Below are positions 1-12,680 of a stretch of 64,000 nt of DNA, in pieces (within the stretch, counting starts at the first letter, position 1; each line of letters begins with the position of its first letter). Under the pieces are notes generated by a model. It ran no database searches. It had not been told where the DNA came from and saw only the letters and a program-made list of their open reading frames with translations. Both the position numbers and the translations under genes were made by a program. Origin of the DNA: Callorhinchus milii (lineage: Eukaryota); assembly GCF_018977255.1 (NCBI RefSeq), contig NW_024704742.1:65102001-65166000 (forward strand), written 5' to 3'.

Positions 1-387
1 AAAAAGTGTCAAAAAGGGAGTGTCAAATACTGTGATTTTCGGAGTGCAGAGTAAACTCAAAAAATATTTGGACCGAATACTTTCGATAAGAGAATTCTAA
101 AGGTTTTGATTACGACATCTATTTTGTGTAAAAAATATGAAAAAATTGAAGCTTCTGTTCACTTTTACAGTTGCTGAAATTACAACAAACATGTCCTTCC
201 ACATGAACTGCCATGACTCTTAGCATCAGTGTGACTTAGCTGGCAACACTCTTAACTCTGGGTCAGAACATCATGGTGATACATAAATAAAGCTGTAGGG
301 AACGTTTTGTTGCTTTGTGACCTCAAAACAAAGCCAATGTTGCTTCAATATTGGTTCACGGAAAAGAAAAATACCCAATGACACTAT

Positions 388-707
388 AATAATAATAAAT
401 AATCCTGGCATTTGACATAGGGCTTTTCATGTCTTCTAGAGACGTCTCAAAGTACTTCACAGAATATACTGTAAAGTGAATTGACTGTATATTTGTGGGC
501 GAAACGCGACAGCTAATTGCACACAGCAGTGTCCCACAAACAGTTGTGGATTGAAACAACCAATTTTATTATTGTTTTTTTCTGGAGGGATTATTATCAG
601 GCGTATGGAGTAAGGAAACTTGCCCAAGGTTTTGCCCTGTTGGGAATCGAACCCAGGTCTCTCTCTTGCGAAGTGAGTGCTCTAACCACTGAACTACTGG
701 GCTCCAC
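388..707 (-). mobile_element. tRNA-derived SINE family A, short form
   Basis: Pol III A/B-box head, shared body, (ATT)n tail; CACTAT at both flanks. Confidence 0.9.
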
Positions 708-2044
708 TATTTTGAAGAAGAGCAAGTTCTCCTTGTGTGTTGTCCAAATTCACTGTTTGTGGAACTGTGCCACATTTGCCTGTGTAACAATGGTAACTTC
801 AAAGTCATCCACTGGGGTATTCCTGTTATTTCAGACTAAGCAAAAAAAAGTCCACTGGTGATTACTAGTACAATAGAATAATGAAAGCAATGCACACGGT
901 TATGTACAAATAAACCCCAGCATCCAAACGGTAGCATGCTGCTTTACACCTGCGATTCCTCAGACACTGAAGTATCTCAATTCAAGCATGTAGATGTGCT
1001 GCAGTTGTGCTGTCACATTCCCACAGGTAGGATTCATTATAAAGAAATTGTTTGACAAGCAGTGATTTGCTCTGTGACCTGCAGATAATGCTATGCCTCA
1101 GACACCACACACGATAGTTGTCCAAATAAAGTTTTCTAGATGCATCATTATAGTTCACATCTTGGAGTTATACTACAGTTATGCTATAGAGGGGCTGAAA
1201 GTGGTCTGGGAAAAATTCAACTTAGTTTACGCTGACAGTTCACTCAGATATTCAAGGAAAGATCAGTTATGACGAGCACGTGGTCTTCGACACAATCAAG
1301 TTATAATATAATAATAACAATCAATTTCTGCATTTACCTGGTAACATAACCACTAATACACTTCAGCATTCACAAAACAATTCAATTGTGACAACCAGCT
1401 TTAACCAAACAAGAACAAATGTGATCTCCACCACAAACAATGGCTGCCTCCCACTGTGATACCCAGCTCAAGCATATTTTCAAAATAGCTCAAGCATATT
1501 TTCAGATGAAATCATAACATTTACTGGAAAAATATTACAAATGCCAGCTTCTGTTGTGCAGTAGATAACTCTTAGGGGCAAGAGGTTCAAGTTGTAAAAC
1601 CTCTCATATCCGAGTGGAGTAATTTCAATACCATTTTGATGCAAATTCTGAAAAAAGAGGAAATTCACTCAAGATTGTTACTGCATTCAGTTTGGGGATT
1701 TGCATAGAGAAGAACTTTTAACAATTTAAGACGACACTTTAAGCGCCCAATTCCCAAAAGTAGCTTCTCCTCAACAGCACCAAGTGGAAATTAAACAATT
1801 TCCCACAGAGAAATACTAATTGGTGACCAGTTAGATTACTATTTGTAGAGAGAGGACTTATCTTAAACAAAGTGTGTGAAAGGTGAATGTTTAAAATAAA
1901 TTTAAAAAGATGAAACTATGAACAAAAGGGAGTAAAACATTTTGATTTAAAAGTTTGACTTACTCAGGGTGGAGGGGAGGTTTAACTGAATGATATAGTG
2001 TGAGGAAGTACACAGTACATTCACCACCAGGATCTGAATTGACA

Positions 2045-2612
2045 AACAACAATAAAATTAAATTTGTATAGCGCCTTTCACATTGGGAGAACGTCGAGAG
2101 TTTCATATCCGAGCTGGGGGTTGGGATCGGGGAGGGCAAGGGCGGAAGCAGGGTAATCGAAAGCATGGTCGAAGAGGAGAGTCTTGAGATGGGTTTTGAA
2201 GGAGGCAAAGGAGGGGGAGAGGCGGAGGGACTGCGGAATGGAGTTTCAGAGTGGATGCAGAGTGGCAGAAGTCCCCCCGCCAATGGTGGGATAAGCAGGG
2301 CAGAGGACTTGAAGCAAGCCAAGATTAGGAGGTCACATAGGTAGGGGGAACAAGACCATGGAGGGCCTTGAAGGTGAGGACCAGGATCTTGAACTGTATC
2401 CTCTGTGTGATGGGAAGCCAGTGGGGGCGATAGGATCATGGAGTCTGGTGCGGGAGATGACACGGGCTTCAGAGTTCTGGATGATCTTCAGCCTATGGAG
2501 GGAGGAGTTGGGGAGGCCAACAAGCAAGGAGTTTATATAGTCAAGCCTTGATGTAATGAAAGCGTGATTGAGGGTTTCGGCGGCTTGCGGTGTGAGACAG
2601 TGGCGGATTTGG
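2045..2612 (-). mobile_element. L2 LINE 3' fragment (family A)
   Basis: RT C-terminal remnants (LPNSSLHRLKIIQNS..RTRLHDPI) and an L2 tail. Confidence 0.88.
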
Positions 2613-2659
2613 TCATCATTTCACCAAAATTTTGAGTTTGGGCATTCTCAATTTAGCCA

Positions 2660-3300
2660 CGTGAATGACACACAAATCTACTTTTTGACTTGAATTCCAA
2701 GTTCTCTGATGTTACTTCAGCCCACCTGTCAGAGATCAAGATCTGGATGAGCCTCAATTTCTTGCAGCTTAACATGGATAAGACAGAAGCCATCCTCCTT
2801 AGCTCCTGCCAATGTCTCCTCATATCCAGTTTGAAATCTCAGACAACAAACCAATGTGCAACCTTGGCATCCGGTTCAACCTTCAGGTCTCATTCGTCAT
2901 ATTTGGTTCCTGCTCAAAACCATTTTTCTTGACCACGTTGCACACCTTCAATCCCTAATTCACACCAAATACCCTGGAAATCCTCATTCATACTGTTGTC
3001 ACCTCCTGACTAGACTTTTCAAACATTCCTCACAGTCTGCCTGGTTCCATTCACAGTCCATAAATTCCAGCTAATCCAATTGTCTGTAACCCACATACTC
3101 ACTTGCACCAAACTCTGCACCCATCACTACGGTCCTCACCAGCCTCCACTCGTTCCCATTCTCAATGAATTTCAAGATCCTCAACATCACCTATATCATG
3201 CCCTAGCACCTCTCATGCTCTAGCACTTCTTTACCCCACTCTTCATCTTGATCCTCTGCTCAGCAAGCTAGGACCTGCTGTGACTTGCTTGAAAGTGCAC
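2660..3300 (+). mobile_element. Old L2 fragment
   Basis: IKIWMSLNFLQLNMDKTEAILL motif. Confidence 0.78.
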
Positions 3301-3584
3301 CTGCCTCTTTAGTATATTACTCTGAGGATATATTACTCAATTGACTCAAACTTCTGTTGCTTCCTTCATATTCTGCCTTAAACACTTTTTTATAATATGA
3401 GTTCTGACAAGCATCAAAACTGAGCTATAAACAAGACACAAGGGAACACAACATGGGGCATTTATTTTAGTCCTATTCCAGTGACAAAGAGATTGGGAGA
3501 TGAGACAACTCAGTGTGCATAAGTTAAGTCTCAGGCACAAAATAAAATCTCAAGGAGTGCAAAAAGATGCATATCTTATATTAT

Positions 3585-3980
3585 ATTAATAATCCTTACA
3601 ATTTGATATAGCGCCTTTCACGTCAGGATGATTTCTCAAAGTGCTACAGAGTGTATATTTTTGCTTACAAATGCAGCATCCAATTTGTGCACAGCAATGT
3701 CCCACAACCGCCAATTAAGTGAATGACCAACTGTATTTGGTGGATTCTTGGCCAGGACATTGGGTGAAATTCCATTCACTTTTTGAACGGTACTGTGGGA
3801 TCTTCAACGTCCACCTGAACAGTTTGACATCTCATCCAAACGACTATATCTCCAACAACGAGACACATCCTCAGCACTCCATTGGAGTGTCAGCGGAGAG
3901 TAAATAAACTCCAAGTGTCAATGGAAGGCTTGAATCATACCTTATGACCCAGAGGCAAGAATGCCGTCAACTGAGGTATA
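3585..3980 (-). mobile_element. DeuSINE (SacSINE1-like, family B), diverged
   Basis: Reverse complement contains a Deu-like GGATGAGATGTCAAAC...GGACGTTGAAGATCCCA segment and an L2-like tail. Confidence 0.75.
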
Positions 3981-4049
3981 GCAGTGTAGAGCACATATTT
4001 AGAACTTAAAATGTACCTCTTTTAAATATATGCATTTCCATCAGTAACA

Positions 4050-4276
4050 ATGGCCAAGAGTTGTTACTGCCTGGAATGCACTGCCTGAAAGGGTGGTTGA
4101 AGTAGATTCGATAATAGCTTTCAAAAGGGAATTGGATAGGTACTTAAAAATGAAAAAATTTACAGGGCTATTGGGTAAGAACGGGCGAATGGGACTATCT
4201 GGTAGCTCTTGCAAAGAGCTGGCACAGGCACAATGTGACGAATGGCCTCCTTTTGTGCTGTAAAATTCTATGATTC
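4050..4276 (+). mobile_element. CR1 LINE 3' end
   Basis: WNALPERVVE..FKRELDRYL; GAATGGCCTCC..ATTCTATGATTC terminus. Confidence 0.88.
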
Positions 4277-5094
4277 ACTCTTGAAGGAGTATCAAGGGCA
4301 ATAGTTTTTCACTAGCATTTTTAATCAGAAGTTTTAAAAGTACAGCTTCTCAAAAACTGTCCACTTACAACTGCTTGTAGCTTTTTCTCCGGTGGGGAGG
4401 GAATAATTGTTCACTGAAAGCAGCCAATGGTTCTCCATAATTAGTTCATTAAATATTGATTCTTTGTGAAATGATCACGTTTATTTGCCCCCTTATTTCC
4501 TTTACTCCAAAACTAAGTGCTGTAGAATTGTGGATCTTGAGCCAGGTCAACCTAGACTAGCATGTCCCCAACTCAAGAGCAGGATAAGGGTCTAAAACTC
4601 CAAATGATTGAGACTATGTCACTCTTATCTTACGTTACCTGAAAAGGCTATCTTTTTTGGCTGATCAAAACAAAAACAACATTTGTTGGATGTAAAAATA
4701 TCTGTGCACAATAGAAGCCATACAAAATTCTTAAACTAAAGTTATTCTAAACGCTTCTTTGCATTTAAGGTTAATCAACGTGAAAGGTGCTCTATAAAGG
4801 TAATTTTGTTGTTGTTGTTATTGATGATCGATTCAAATTAACTTAGATTGAATGAATTCTTCAAACATGTGCATCCCCCAATAAAATGTGATTTAAAGTT
4901 GTTGATCTTGGAGCTGCACATGTATGTTTCCTTTGATCAATAAAATAAAACTACATTGCCTGAAAGATTGTGCCATAGAAAGATCACACTGATCAGCAGG
5001 AGAACTGCTAGCATAGCAATTCGACTGAACCAGTAAAGAAAATGAAGAAAGCACTCAGCCAAGTCTGCCATTTGGAACAACTTAAACACATGGG

Positions 5095-5530
5095 ACTATA
5101 AAAACACAGGTAATAAAAATTCATGGTGTGGAATTAGCCCATCCAGAAGAGCCATAAGTTATAGCCTGCCTCTGTTCTCTACCTGTCAGACAGCGAAGAC
5201 TGTAATTGTCATCAGTTTCCCTAAGCTAAGGAGAGGAAATCAGCGAAGGGTTCCACTCCCAAACACAAACTGGTGATCCCTGCTATAACTGTGCACATCA
5301 GAGACCTAAAATTCCACATAGTCTTGAGATAATTTTTTACCTTAATTATGCAGACTTTGAGATTTATTATTAATATGGAAGATTATTTTCCAATTCTTTA
5401 CAGTCAAATGGCTCGCTAGCACTCACTGCCTGTGTTTACATGTTGAATGGCCACTTCAATGTTTTGGAGAACTATGAACCATAATACAGCACATGACACC
5501 ACCCTCAGGACAGATATGGCAATGGAAGAA
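5095..5530 (+). mobile_element. Ancient SINE-like repeat (AmnSINE2-like by recollection)
   Basis: GGAAATCAGCGAAGGGTTCC..GCACTCACTG..GAATGGCCACT; related diverged copies at ~40545-40910(+), ~43515-43790(-), ~20050-20215(-), ~44462-44560(+). Confidence 0.45.
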
Positions 5531-7542
5531 TATTAGATGAAAGAATTGGATCTAAAATAGGAACCCTTAAACAGACAAATAAGAAGTATTCTTTAGAAAG
5601 ACTTAAACTTAGCTCACATTGAGCAAGATGGCTTATATATTAACAGTTAAGAGGGAATTTTTTGTTACAGAAATGCATTGCAAACAAAATTTAGCCAAAC
5701 AGTAGTTACAATTGCATATTGAAGCCCAGAACAAGCGACTTCAGGTAAACCATTCACTGACTGGTCTTGTACACAAAAGCTCTGTGAATTATGGCACTGG
5801 TTGATTATTCAAGTGTTGTGCAGTTGTTGGCAACGATCAGAATGTTTTTCTGAGGTGAAATTAATGCTGACGAAATCTCAAACCAAATGAAAACCTGAAG
5901 TTTGTGATTTTTTTTTAAACTGTTGGTTAGAAGAAAAGCATGGTAGAAAATACAGTATTCAGGTTGAAAGCTCCACAGGTTTAAAATGTTTTCATCAGAT
6001 TCAACTCCATTCGCTGTATGTTGCATCTTGAATTGTTGTTATATACGTTTCTGCCACCAGAGGATGCACTCTGGTAACTCATTGTTGGCCTCCAGTGGAA
6101 GAAACTAAAACGACGACAACAGATTGCATTTATATACAGATTACACCTTTCACTTTTGGAGGACGTCCTAAACTGCAGAATACTGCATATTTTCCAACAG
6201 CTTGCACTTATGTATAGCTCCTTTCACTTAATGAACATTTTAAAGCATTTCACAAAGATGGTGGCATCCCAAAGCAGGGAGGTCAGAGGAGAAATTTAAA
6301 GGAGTTGACCAAACACGAGGTAGAGGGAAAAGCATGTGTCAAATGCATACCCATCTTCCCAGATGTGAAATCCTGGCTTTCAAGGGAACTGTTGTTGTGG
6401 GAATCAAGGCCATTGACAACCACTTCAGATTAACTGATGATTCTTTACAGCTCTGAAATGTTTTGTAGATCCTGCACCCAGCCACGCAGGTTAAGATAAT
6501 AAAAGTTGACAATTATGTCAATCAGTCCAGAAAGCCTCTCATATGGTCACAAAAGTTTAGCAACTGAAACAAGAGATAATGTTGCTGGGATAGAAAGAAT
6601 AGGAAATGGACTCTGATGGTTCCATCCTGAAATCCTCAGTTTACTGGGAACTTCAACTACATGAATTTGGAGACAAAATTTCCATCAGTTTTCAACCAAT
6701 CATTTCAGTATACTGTACAGTGTCCTAAAGCACAGGTCTGACCAGCACTTTGAAAAGATGATGGGGATCACAAGGTTGGATCAGAGTCCTATCCTGCAGC
6801 ATATCAGACATCTGGAAAATAATACTCAGTGTTGCTCCTAGTTGGATACATGTACACAAATATTACCTTTAAAACATTATTTTAAACTCGGCATCATTGA
6901 TTTATTCAGTTGCTGCATGAAGATTTGCCTTAATGACCAGATTCTCTCAGTTGTTGATGGTGACCAATGAAACTGGTGTAAATCTGACAGGAAGAATAAA
7001 AAATTGCCAATTAACTGCACCAAAACCCCCAAGAATATCTATATACGAATTGCAATTGTAACCAAAATAGATATTCAGCCTATTATAAAGAAATACACCT
7101 CATTGTCATTGCCTTAAAGATGCATGTAATACACATTTCACTGAATCTCAGGTAGCAAACATTCCCCAGCACATTTAATTAACAAAATATTTGCTCAGTC
7201 ATACAAAGAGGAGCTTGAAGCAAAAGAAATGCACCTCTGGATCTGTCAGACTCTGTTTAAAACAACACGTTTCTCTACCCTTCTCCCACCCAATTTAAAT
7301 TCAAATCCCATCCTCGCTGCCTGATCTATCTCCATCTCAGAGCCCCCCTTCTACCTTCACAAAGTATGTCAGATAGCATTATTAGAAACCAGAGATATCC
7401 ATCTTATTTTCCCTATGGGGAAAGAAATAGGGGGAAAAAGGAGGGAAGAAAAGAGAGTAATCAATTATGTACGATTTTTCCAATTAATACAATACCAAGG
7501 TTCAAACACTCCATCTTCAGCCTTTGAGTAAATTTGCCGCTG

Positions 7543-7930
7543 TGTCAGACTGGCTCAGTGGTAGCTCTCTCACCTCCGAGTCAGACGGTTGAAGGTTCAT
7601 ATCGACGAGGCGGACACTCCAATACAGTGATTGGAATGTGCTACATTGCTGGAGGTTATGTTTTTCAGATGAGATGTTAAACCAAAGTCCAGTTTGCCTG
7701 TTCAGGTGGACGTTAAAGATCCCATGACACTACTTGATGAGAGAAGGAAGTTTCTACTGATGTGCAAGCTAACAGTCCCCAGATGGCTATTTGTAAAATA
7801 TTGCTGTGCGCAAAATTGCCTGTTTATAAAATCCAGTCACTGCACTTTACAGTAAATCCTGTGATGCACTTTTTGAGATGTTCACTCGACACAAAAGGTA
7901 CTTCATGAAATGGAAAGATTACACTTAGAT
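7543..7930 (+). mobile_element. DeuSINE family B
   Basis: tRNA head GGCTCAGTGGTAGCTCTCTCACCTCCGAGTCAG; Deu domain GGAGGT..TTTCAGATGAGATGTTAAACC..TTAAAGATCCCATG. Confidence 0.82.
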
Positions 7931-8393
7931 TATGTTTAGTCTGTTTAACAGACCACCATAATGTAATACTGGGCTTGAAACACTGAGCTCCGAAATGCCA
8001 CCCATATGAAGGGTGCTATATAAAGTTACAAGTTGTTGTTAATTAAAATAAAGTTCTGTTCTCTTTTTTGCAGGTATCAAGGGAGGGGACAATGGTACTG
8101 GAGAATAAAATTTCCTACTTTGAGCACCCAACATTTGAGATGAGAGATGTAGCTAACTCACTCTGGTATCTAATCTCTTGACCACTATTGCTTAGATGCT
8201 AACAGAGAACTTAAGCATGGCAACATTGCCCGCCTCTTGCCCCAGCTGCCGAGACCTTTATCCAGGCTTTCATCACTTCCCGACTTGACTATGCAAACTG
8301 CCTGCTCACTGGACATCCCAATTCTTTCCTCCACAAATCACAGATTATTCAGAACTCTGCAGTTTGTGTCTTCTCCCGCACCAGGCACACCAC

Positions 8394-8474
8394 GAATGTA
8401 CAAATCAATTTTCAAGAACGTACAAATCAATTTTCAAGAACGTACAAATCAATTTTCAAGAACGTACAAATCAA
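8394..8474 (+). repeat. 22-bp minisatellite (GAACGTACAAATCAATTTTCAA) x3.7
   Basis: Direct tandem units with one mismatch; abuts the L2 fragment at 8218-8390. Confidence 0.95.
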
Positions 8475-9562
8475 GGAAAAACGTCTATTTGAAAGGTTAG
8501 GTTTTTACATAAGATTTACATGAGTGGAATCTCAGCCCATTCTGTCGCATTTCCCTTTTGGCAAAAGTAGCGATAAATACTGCCATGCTCTGCCCTGAAA
8601 ATTGACACTGCCCGGTGGTGGTAACTCAGCAATGTCCCACCAGTATTTTGCCCATGCCACACAGACACAAGCTGTAGCCCACACAAAAAAAATTCTAGCC
8701 AAGAGGGATAGATTCAAAAAGTACTCGTCTCCCCTATGCACGCCCACAAAGTGGTTTAATTCCCGCAGACCTGTATGAATTCCCCAGAAATTGGGAAAGC
8801 TACTGCCAAACAGAACTATAATATGACATGCACAAACCTGGGCTTGCTCAGTTGAGAAATAAAAAACGCAGCCATGACATTTCTTCAATACAAATGAAGT
8901 GGTTTATAAAGCCATTGTGAGCTGCTGTCAATATTAGAAGAAATAGATACACAGTACAATACAACATAAGCAAAACTGAAGGTGCATTTGTCCCAACAGA
9001 CTCAAACTGTCTGTCTTCGTAGATAATCGTTTCGCCTACAAAATGTACAGTCAATTCAATTTACAGTATATTCTGTGAAACACTTTAAAATTCCTCAATG
9101 CCGTGATACTCAAATGCAACTATGTATTATAAGTCACGGGGTGATCCATCACACGGTTTTTAGAATCTTATGCTTTTGGGACATATAGTATTTTTATCAA
9201 TCACAATGTTGATTATTCTAGCGAACACACTGGCCTTAAAAAGACTTAGCAGTTTTTATTTAAATTTATTTCTGTCACACCAAACTCCTGTTAAAGAACA
9301 ATAGTTTTGCTTATAAATGATTGTTTACAAGCGCTACTGCAATCTAATGAAGGTAATTACAGGGTGACCAAAGACCAGTGCCTGGGGAGCAGAGGGAGCA
9401 GACTGGTTAGTGAAGTTTTAATAGGTTGCAGAGGTAAGGAGGTGCAAAATTGTGAATGGCATTAAAAGGATCTTGAACTCGATCCTCTGGGGATGAGGGG
9501 AGCCAGTGAAGCTGGCAAGGATGGGTATGATTGGCTCATGAAGCTTAGTGAGGGAGAGGACA

Positions 9563-10275
9563 CAACAACAACAACTTGGATTTATATAGCGCCCTCCAAG
9601 CCGGACGGTGTCTCAGAGCGCTTCACAGTAACGGATCCCGGGCTGAGCCAGGGGGAGGGGTGGGAAGGTGACCAAAGGTGCGGTCGAAAAGAAAGGTCTT
9701 CAGCAGAGACCTGAAAATAGGAAGAGAGGGAGCGAGACGAAAGGAGTGAGGAAGGGAGTTCCAGAGCCTCGGGGCATAGTGGCTGAAGGCACGGCCGCCG
9801 AGGGTGGGGCGGAGGATTCGGGGGACGAGGAGGAGGCCAGACCCGGAGGAACGAAGGCAACAGGTACTGTTTTGAGGAGAGAGGAGGTCAGAGAGGGAGG
9901 GGGTGCAGAGGGGTGGAGGGATTTGAAGACAAGGATGAGGATCTTGAAGTCAATCCTCTCTGTGACAGACAGCCAGTGCAAGCCAGCGCTCCCCAATTAC
10001 CCCAGTCTGGCAAGGACTGGGGTAATTGGGGAGCGGAGTTTGGTGCGGGTGAGAATGCGGGCGACAGAGTTTTGAATAATCTGGATTTTATGGATAGTAG
10101 TGGATGGGAGGCCGGCGAGGAGGGCGTTAGAGTAGTCCAGCCGAGAGGTGACAAAGGCATGGATCAGGGTTTCAGGGCTTTCGGAGAGAGATATTGGCGG
10201 AGACGGGCGATGCGTCGGAGGTGGAAGAAAGCGGTACTGGTGAGGGAGGAGGAAGGATAACTGGGGGTCGAACCT
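9563..10275 (-). mobile_element. L2 LINE 3' fragment (family B), young
   Basis: HAFVTSRLDYSNALLAGLP..LHWLSVTERIDFKIL; tail GAGACACCGTCCGGCTTGGAGGGCGCT..(GTT)n. Confidence 0.92.
9987..10035. repeat. Perfect 21-bp inverted repeat, 7-nt loop
   Basis: CGCTCCCCAATTACCCCAGTC-TGGCAAG-GACTGGGGTAATTGGGGAGCG. Confidence 0.95.
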
Positions 10276-11529
10276 GACATGAGCTGCAGAGTTCTGAATA
10301 ATCTGCAGCTTGTGGAGGAAAGAGTTGGGAAGTCCGGAAAGCGGGGAGTTAGTGTAGTCAAGCCTGGACATATGGATGAGGATTTCAGCAGCTTCAGGGG
10401 ACAGACAGTGGCAGAGGCCGGCAATGTTGTGGAAGCAGAGGAAGACAGAACGGATAATGGCACAGATGTGGGGATTAAAAGACAGTTGAGGGTCGAACAA
10501 GAAACCAAGGTTCCGTACTACATTTGGCAAATGTAGAGTGCATCCACGAATAGTAATGCTGACAGCACCTGAGGTGAGGAGGCACAAACAGAAGCCAAGT
10601 AGGACAGCCTCGGTCTTGTCGACTTTTCAACTGTAGGAAATTGGCTCTCATCCAGGATATGATGCGTCTGACAGACAATCTGTCAGGACAGCAGTGGTTC
10701 TGGAGGCGAGAGTGGAAACGGAGTTTATTAACGGTTTATAACAGTAACCTCAGCTCCATTCAGTCAACAACAGATCTGATCAAGTCTGTTCACTGAGCTT
10801 AATGGAAAGTGGTGCAGCTTTCTCTCTTAGACAACTATTGGGAGCTAGGATTCGATTTCCAAACCAGTGTCACCACAACCCACCCAAACAACTTCTGTCT
10901 CTAACCTGTTCAGGTTGCAGATAGAAGGCATGCTGAGGTTGAGCATAACAAGGGAAACACTTGAGGGGGAAGAGGTTAAATACCTTACAATTCAGCACAT
11001 TCCCATATACACTCATTTGAGAAGAGATTTACCTCTGTTAGTATCTCTTTCCGGCATGTAAACAATGTGAAGCAGGCTGCAGAGTGGGGGCAGTTTTCAG
11101 TCAGAGCAATTTTTACTGGAGACTCTAGAACTAGACTCGCTACAGGTCGATCCACATGGTGCCCAAAGTGCACAACATTTGAGCCATTTTTGATTACGGT
11201 AACCTCAGCCTAAATCATTCTGACAGTTAGTTACGAGGTTTCTGGTCTCAAAAACTTTGCTTGCATTTTTTTATGTATATTGTAACAAATTGAAAAGGAT
11301 CTGGACAAACCACAACTACCATTGTCACTGTTACCAAAATTCGCTGGTCCAGTATTCCCCAAGTTAAATGTAAATGAAAGGATAACTGCTGTACATCATG
11401 CAGTCAGACACCCAAATGTAAGCATTCTGTCAGTATGTTGGTCCAACAACAACCATTATCAACTTATTTAGGTATTGCTTAAATACATGAGTGTTTCAGT
11501 CAACTGAAGAAAGCCCATTTGTATTTTCA

Positions 11530-11899
11530 CCTGTAGCTCACTGGTTAGAGCACTTGCTTTGCAAGTGAGAGACCCGAGTTCAATTCCCAACAGGGTGAAA
11601 CGTTGAGTAAGCTTCCTTACTCCAAACGCCTGTTTACCCAGCAGTAAGGTAGAACCCGGTTGTTGGTCGATTGGCAGATCACTTTTTCCAGGGGTAATAA
11701 GTCCTTCAACAAAAAATAATAATAAATTGGCCACTCAATCCACGACTGTTTGTGGGACACTGCTGTGCGCAATTGGCTGTCCCATTTTGTGTATATATAA
11801 ATATACAGTCAATTCACTTTACAGTATATATTGTGAAGCACTTTGAGACGTCTCGAAGATGTGACAAGGCGCAATATCAAATGCAATGATTATTGTTAT
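11530..11899 (+). mobile_element. SINE family A, long form
   Basis: tRNA head, ~62-bp central segment, L2-like tail. Confidence 0.9.
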
Positions 11900-11959
11900 A
11901 AAATAAAGGCGACCAATACAACATTGTTTTGTATTCAGCTACCACCAGACCCTGGTAGT

Positions 11960-12680
11960 GTGGTATTACAAGAGCAGGGATTATAAAGTGGAGATGACCT
12001 GACCCTCAGGAGAAAATGCCTACAAGAAACATTGTATGAAAAAGTACAAAGGGCAAAAAAGTTATAAAACAAATATGGGGAAGTGTGGAAGAAAAGCTAT
12101 TCTGCACGGAAAATATACTACAAAATTAGAAGCATACATTTTACGGTTAAAAACACAAGGCAACTGGGAAAATAGAGACCTGGTAAAACCAAGACATTAC
12201 CTAGAAGATTAAAATATTGCACCAGGTAAGGACAAAGAAAAGCAAATGGAACAATGAAAATGTAAGAGAGAACATAACATCTTTAGAGCAGAAATAACCA
12301 TAGGCATTATAGTGGTCACAGAACATCACTGTATTGAAGTTGGATACAAAGGGAACAAAGGTTATTATTTTTGGGTTTTTATAGACCTATGGACATGAGG
12401 AAAGGGTAGACAGAGAAATATTTTTACAGTTATGGGGAGCCTATGAAACGTACAGGACATCAATCATGTGAGATTTCAATTTCCGGTTGGGAAAGCTGTG
12501 GAGGAAAAGCTGACGAGACACACATATTTCTAGAAGTGGTACATGATCGGTTCCTTACAGGTTGTTGAAGAGTCAACACAATTTGAAGCTATTCTTCTAC
12601 CTGGTACGAGGTTGAAGTAGGGAAGTATCTCAAGGATTCAGTAATGACAATATCGTTAGAACTGAGATATTCCAGAAGGT
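11960..12680 (+). mobile_element. Degraded CR1 endonuclease-region fragment
   Basis: Remnants of FYRP and (G)DFNFP motifs. Confidence 0.55.

Larger units (their letters stand above)
9360..10722 (-). mobile_element. Older L2 (family-A-like) host fragment split by L2-B (parts 9360-9562 and 10276-10722)
   Basis: WMRANFLQL...FDPQLSF...QNSAAHV reading continues across the insert; GACA duplicated. Confidence 0.8.

Noticed and set aside
1..170. Possible DNA-transposon (Kolobok-like) terminus at the window edge
   Set aside because: Only one end is visible, with no second copy or TSD, so it cannot be supported.
8394..8474. CRISPR-like array
   Set aside because: Units are directly adjacent with no spacers, and the context is eukaryotic.
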